From NCBI GenBank assembly GCA_036000105.1, contig DASYGE010000011.1, positions 9,504 through 73,503 on the forward strand: a stretch of DNA of 64,000 nucleotides. Direction: 5' to 3'. Positions 60,000 through 64,000 of the stretch are shown piece after piece. Position numbers and translations under genes: made by a program. This DNA is from Gammaproteobacteria bacterium (GTDB lineage Bacteria > Pseudomonadota > Gammaproteobacteria > Natronospirales > REEB76). How positions within the stretch are numbered: position 1 is the first letter of the stretch; every line of letters starts with the position of its first letter. The notes under the pieces are model-generated. The model had not been told where the DNA came from and did no database searches. It saw only the letters and a program-made list of their open reading frames with translations.

Positions 60000-61129
60000 C
60001 TATTGAGGGCGGCGAGGCAATCCACTGCCGTCCGCCGGACATCGAACGCTTCTGCTGCCTGCATGACCCCACGGGCGAATCCTCCGGGGGTCGTATCAAG
60101 TGCGCGACGTATGGCGCGGGCCATTCCTTGCGCACTCACTTCGTCGGCCACGATTCCACAGCCATAAGTTTCCAGCAAGCTAGCAAGATCCCCCACAGGC
60201 ATGGCGATGACGGGGCGGTGCATTTGCATCGCATCGGAGAAAACCACCGGGATGCTCTCAACCCTGGATGGGATGATCACATAGTCAGCCCACTCGAATA
60301 ATTCGTGAGCCGCCGCATGATCGAGATATCCGTCCAGTTTGACCGGATGTCCGGCGCTCGCAAGCGCTTTGACGCGCCTATTGATCTCTGTTTCGAGCGG
60401 CCCGCCTCCACACACGCGTACGGCTTCGATCCGTGTCCATTCGGATTCCGTGAGTTGTGCGAGCGCATCAAGCAGGAGATCGGGGCCTTTGTTCGGATGC
60501 CAGCGTCCGAGGAAAGCTAGGCGATAAGGTGGTGCTTTATTGGGCAATCGCCGGCCGGGAGGGCCGAACATGCGGCTGCTGGCGAGAAACCGGCAATCAC
60601 GTCCTCCGACGATGTGCTGCACGTCTGCGGCCAGCTTTATCCCGTCGGCGAAACAGTGAGCAGCCTCGCGCAGCACCGTGGCAAGATATCCGCGGACCAA
60701 CGGCAGCTTGCCGAGCCCCCAGATATCACTGCCCAGTGCCCATATGCTGTACGGGATGGAGAATTGTCGCGCTGCTCGTCGTACCCAGGCGCCAGAAGGG
60801 AGCGCCCACAGCGCAAGGATATGATCCGGCCGACTCTCTAAGCAGGCCTGCTGCACGGCGCGCCGGCCTGCAGCCATGGTTCTAACGATCGCCACCCAGT
60901 CACCTGGAGATGCGGGGTTGAGCAGTGAAAGCGGTAACTTGGGTACTACGAAGCGGCTGACAGCCAAACTGTCATCACTGTCGACAGCACTACCGGTTGT
61001 TGGCGCAAGGATATTCACCGTCACGTTCGCTTTGGTCAACGCCACGGCGAAGTCATGCACGAAAAGACCGGCAGCTGCGGATCCTTGGCCGGTGCTTGAA
61101 TACGAACTCGTCACCAACAGAAGTTTCAT
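59996..61129 (-). CDS. GT-B fold glycosyltransferase (family 4 / group 1 type)
   Basis: 377 aa. The N-terminus 'MKLLLVTSSYSS...' is followed by a C-terminal 'IIPSRVESIPVVFSDAMQMHRPVIAMPVGDL' E-x7-E-like region. Confidence 0.8.
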   Translation of the reverse strand: MKLLLVTSSYSSTGQGSAAAGLFVHDFAVALTKANVTVNILAPTTGSAVDSDDSLAVSRFVVPKLPLSLLNPASPGDWVAIVRTMAAGRRAVQQACLESRPDHILALWALPSGAWVRRAARQFSIPYSIWALGSDIWGLGKLPLVRGYLATVLREAAHCFADGIKLAADVQHIVGGRDCRFLASSRMFGPPGRRLPNKAPPYRLAFLGRWHPNKGPDLLLDALAQLTESEWTRIEAVRVCGGGPLETEINRRVKALASAGHPVKLDGYLDHAAAHELFEWADYVIIPSRVESIPVVFSDAMQMHRPVIAMPVGDLASLLETYGCGIVADEVSAQGMARAIRRALDTTPGGFARGVMQAAEAFDVRRTAVDCLAALNS

Positions 61130-61854
61130 GCGCTCCTTTCGGCTACAAGCCGGTAGCTGAGCGGCATGAAGGAGTCAGCCGGCAGGGCTTTGCCCAACAA
61201 CCAGCCTGCAACGTTCACGAGCGGGATCAATAATGTTATGAGGGGCAAAAGCAGTATCGCAAGACGTGGACGGCTGAGGATATTCAGTCCGCTTTTCGCA
61301 AGCGCGATCGCACCTAAGGCGGCGGCAGTCTCGACGGGATGACCGAACGTGGTCTCGTCGACAAGTCGCAGACCGTTCTGTATCAGTAATTGACGCAATC
61401 CTTCGAGGGTCCAACGATGAAAGTCGTTTGGAGCATCGTGCACGGGGTACATGAAAGGGACCTGCAGGATGAGAAGGCCTCCGGGTTTGAGGACCCGGGC
61501 AGCTTCTGAGATCGCTGCATCGGGTGAAGGCAGGTGTTCCAGCACGTCCAAAAGTAATACGGAATCAGCCGTTGCATTCCGGAAAGGAAGGCGCACTGCA
61601 TCGCCGAAAACATCCGCCAAACCAGGATAGCCCTGGGTTATGGTGGGAGGATAATCCAGACCGATGTAGTTCCCGCGCTCCCCGATGCAGTCAGCCAGCC
61701 ATCGGTCGCCGCAGCCGATGTCTATGACACAGCCTCGAACCAGAGGCGTTATCGCCTGCTTCGTCGCGTAATTTTCCCGGGACATGAGCCACTGCGGATG
61801 GAGCGGAGTGCGCGCAAGCGGCTGAACAAACTGGCGCAGGTGGGTGAATAGCAT
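61126..61854 (-). CDS. Class I SAM-dependent methyltransferase with hydrophobic C-terminal tail
   Basis: About 242 aa from the ATG at 61854 (the ORF track extends to 61905). It has motif I 'VIDIGCGDRWLA' and 'LLLDVLEHLP...LKPGGLLILQVP'. The C-terminal segment 'LAILLLPLITLLIPLVNVAGWLLG' is hydrophobic. Confidence 0.8.
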   Translation of the reverse strand: MLFTHLRQFVQPLARTPLHPQWLMSRENYATKQAITPLVRGCVIDIGCGDRWLADCIGERGNYIGLDYPPTITQGYPGLADVFGDAVRLPFRNATADSVLLLDVLEHLPSPDAAISEAARVLKPGGLLILQVPFMYPVHDAPNDFHRWTLEGLRQLLIQNGLRLVDETTFGHPVETAAALGAIALAKSGLNILSRPRLAILLLPLITLLIPLVNVAGWLLGKALPADSFMPLSYRLVAERSA

Positions 61855-62131
61855 GGCTAGACGCAACTCAACTGGATACCAACGCCGCGATGCACAGACC
61901 CGCATGCATTGTCCCGCCGTGTTAGCACGCGCATGCCGGAGTCAGGTCTTTGGAAGAGAACCGCCATTGTAGTCATGGCTCTTGATCGGGCCATTGGTCC
62001 ATGTTTCGGTGATTCAACAAGGTGCGGAGAGAACGCTTCAAGCCTGTCTCCGTTTGGCGCTTGGACCATCCTTGTCCGCCATCGCCAGACGGGGGCTTGG
62101 TATGACGAGAGAAGATCCCGTGGCATCAGCA

Positions 62132-63004
62132 TCAGCGATGGCTTGTATTCGCGAAAAGTAAATTGGTGATTTGCTCTGACACGAGGCCGATGAGGAATAT
62201 CAGAACCGAAGTGATGAACAGCAATGCACTCATGTTAGTGAACCGATGTTCTGTTAGATATGTATAAAGATAATAACATGCGCTGGTCATGAAGAAGGAA
62301 AAGCTTATCGGCAAGAAGATCTTGAGTGGAGAATACAACGTACCGACCTTGAAAATTATCATGAGGAAGCGTGTGCCGTCGCGAAGCGGACGGATGTGGC
62401 TTTGCCCTTGGCGTTTGCCGGCTTCTATCGGCACGTAACCGACCCGGTAACCGGCGCGGAAAAACGCCATGGTTATCGTCGTGGGGTACGAGAAGCGATT
62501 CGGAAGCAGATGCAGATATTCCTTGAACAGGTCAGAATGCACCACGCGGAATCCAGATGTAAGGTCGGCGATTTCATTTCCTACCATCCAGCTTGCCAGG
62601 AGGTTATATACGGTATTTGCAGCATGTCTCCCGAAAGTCGCCTGTGTAGCGCCGGTACGTGCGCCGACCACCATGTCATAACCCTTATCATAGAGATCCA
62701 ACAGTCTGGCGATGTCCTCCGGAGGGTGTTGCCCATCGGCGTCCAGGAAGACGAGTACCTGTCCATGCGCCGCGCGTGCCCCGGATTTGACCGCCGCACC
62801 GTTACCCAAGGAGTAGGGATGCCTGACCACCAGGGCACCGGCCTGGCGGGTGACGTCGGCGGTGCCGTCTTTCGAACCGTCGTCCACCACGACGATCTCG
62901 GCCTCGGGATACAGGCCGCGGAGTTTCGGCAACAAGGCGGCGAGGCTCTGGGCTTCGTCTTTGGCGGGCAGGACAATGGAGAGATGCGTTTTGCTGCCGC
63001 TCAT
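62132..63004 (-). CDS. GT2 polyprenyl-phosphate glycosyltransferase (GtrB/ArnC/Dpm1-like)
   Basis: About 290 aa from the ATG at 63004. It has the GT-A N-terminus 'LSIVLPAKDE...VVVDDGSKDGT' and 'FLDADGQH' (DxD), plus two C-terminal TM helices ('LKIFLPISFSFFMTSACYYLY', 'ALLFITSVLIFLIGLV'). Confidence 0.8.
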   Translation of the reverse strand: MSGSKTHLSIVLPAKDEAQSLAALLPKLRGLYPEAEIVVVDDGSKDGTADVTRQAGALVVRHPYSLGNGAAVKSGARAAHGQVLVFLDADGQHPPEDIARLLDLYDKGYDMVVGARTGATQATFGRHAANTVYNLLASWMVGNEIADLTSGFRVVHSDLFKEYLHLLPNRFSYPTTITMAFFRAGYRVGYVPIEAGKRQGQSHIRPLRDGTRFLMIIFKVGTLYSPLKIFLPISFSFFMTSACYYLYTYLTEHRFTNMSALLFITSVLIFLIGLVSEQITNLLFANTSHR

Positions 63005-63064
63005 GCTGCGTCGCCGGAGATTAGATGCCGCCAATATACCATCCTTGGCTTGACCAGAACGTGC

Positions 63065-64000
63065 CTACTTATGCGGCCCTGACTCGAGCTTGTGTAACTC
63101 GCCCTCGAAATCTGCGATCTCCGTGTCCAGGTGACCCAGATAGTTCAGCTTGCGCAATCCATCCAGGTCCTTGGTGGCGAGCGCGGGATCCAGCATGTTG
63201 ATGTCCATGGTGACGAGATTGGCCTGGTACTGAGGTTCACTGGGCACCAGCGCGGCTGCTTGCGCCATCAGGTCTCTCGCCTTGGAGAGCTGGTGGGGAT
63301 CCTGGGTAGACAAGTAATTGCCATAGATGACCAGTACGTTGGCATGGGACCCCGCGAGTTTGTCGATCTCGGGGTTAGTCAGGGCTGAATCGAACATGGC
63401 GTACATGCTGGTCGGCGGTATATGGCAGTTGTTACGGTCGGCGCAGTCGATGAGCGCATTCAAGCCCTGGATGTCAGAGGCGCTGATACGTTGATGACCC
63501 AGCTTCTCCGCAATGCGTTGCAACACCGCGGGATCGGTGATGCCTTTCAACTGTGCCTGCACTAGTATCAGGGATACATCCGGGATGATGCTGGAGTTGG
63601 GTACTGCGGACGCGGCTTTGAGAGAGTTGACGGCATCGGGATATAGGCTAGCGTCTTCGAACAGGGCCTTGTTCGCGTAGGTCTGGCCCAGCATGTAGGT
63701 CGCGTAAGGCGATTCAGGATGGTGGCGTGCTTCGCTGGCGGAGAAGGTCAGGTTGTCCTGCCAGTCGCTGGCCCGTAGCCAGGTGAGGAAAGCGCAGGCG
63801 CAGAGCGCCAGGGCGACGAAGATGTAACGCGGCTGCTTGAAACGGCTGGAGTCCTGCAGCGGATATATGAGTGACAAGACCGCCAGCATCAGACCGAGAT
63901 CCGGCAGGTAGCAGCGGTGCTCGTAAGCGAGTTCCAGGGGGAAGATCGTGGATTCCATCAGCTGGCCGCCGAAGAACCAGGCGATGCCGAGAGCCACCAG
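63065..64000 (-). CDS. GT-C-type membrane protein with C-terminal TPR-like repeats (TMTC/PMT_2-like), N-terminus outside the window
   Basis: The ORF is open to the window edge. The visible 310 aa comprise 3 hydrophobic segments, including 'FPLELAYEHRCYLPDLGLMLAVL', followed by about 200 aa of helical TPR-like repeats. Confidence 0.55.
   Translation of the reverse strand: MVALGIAWFFGGQLMESTIFPLELAYEHRCYLPDLGLMLAVLSLIYPLQDSSRFKQPRYIFVALALCACAFLTWLRASDWQDNLTFSASEARHHPESPYATYMLGQTYANKALFEDASLYPDAVNSLKAASAVPNSSIIPDVSLILVQAQLKGITDPAVLQRIAEKLGHQRISASDIQGLNALIDCADRNNCHIPPTSMYAMFDSALTNPEIDKLAGSHANVLVIYGNYLSTQDPHQLSKARDLMAQAAALVPSEPQYQANLVTMDINMLDPALATKDLDGLRKLNYLGHLDTEIADFEGELHKLESGPHK

Noticed and set aside
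61855-62131. ORFs 61857-62132 (minus) and 61909-62169 (plus) as a missing GtrA-like small flippase between the GT2 and the methyltransferase.
   Set aside because: Both translations are hydrophilic and Arg-rich with no TM helices, whereas GtrA proteins are about 120 aa with four TM helices. The region is treated as an untranslated spacer.

Overview
This is a high-GC chromosomal segment (about 65-72% in spot counts) of gammaproteobacterial type. Calls rest on reading the translations and recalling family motifs and synteny; no database search was run.

About 53 kb is conserved housekeeping DNA in a Pseudomonas-like gene order:
- a 5'-truncated penicillin-acylase-family gene, an orphan ParA-like ATPase and a patatin-like lipase
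- the rapZ / hpf-rpoN-lptBAC-kdsCD block on the minus strand, without ptsN or npr
- ibaG-murA, a DegS/AlgW-like protease, and petABC-sspAB
- a small hotdog-thioesterase/macro-domain operon, a BON lipoprotein, and lpoA-yraN-diaA plus a GlcD-like oxidase
- rsmI and RNase P RNA (rnpB)
- a complete, tightly coupled dcw cluster from mraZ to lpxC, with a recognisable Pmra promoter and MraZ operator but no ddl
- DUF721, an M23 peptidase, secA, a mutT-TenI fusion, and yacG-zapD-coaE-pilD-pilC-pilB

At about 53.0 kb the composition drops to 50-62% GC in spot counts. The position where a divergent major pilin gene (pilA) would be expected is instead a 730-nt non-coding gap. It is followed by a glycan biosynthesis/modification island of at least 10 genes in two convergent, translationally coupled operons:
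- a Wzx-like flippase
- two FemAB/Acetyltransf_6-like paralogs
- three SAM methyltransferases
- a DegT aminotransferase
- a GT4 and a GT2 polyprenyl-P-sugar synthase
- a GT-C/TPR membrane protein that runs off the window

This island is the only part of the window that looks accessory and potentially new. Its function (pilin or other protein glycosylation versus LPS/EPS decoration) is inference only. I saw no CRISPR arrays, tRNAs, rRNAs, IS elements, integrases or recognisable defence systems. The many long ORFs antisense to real genes are high-GC shadow ORFs.
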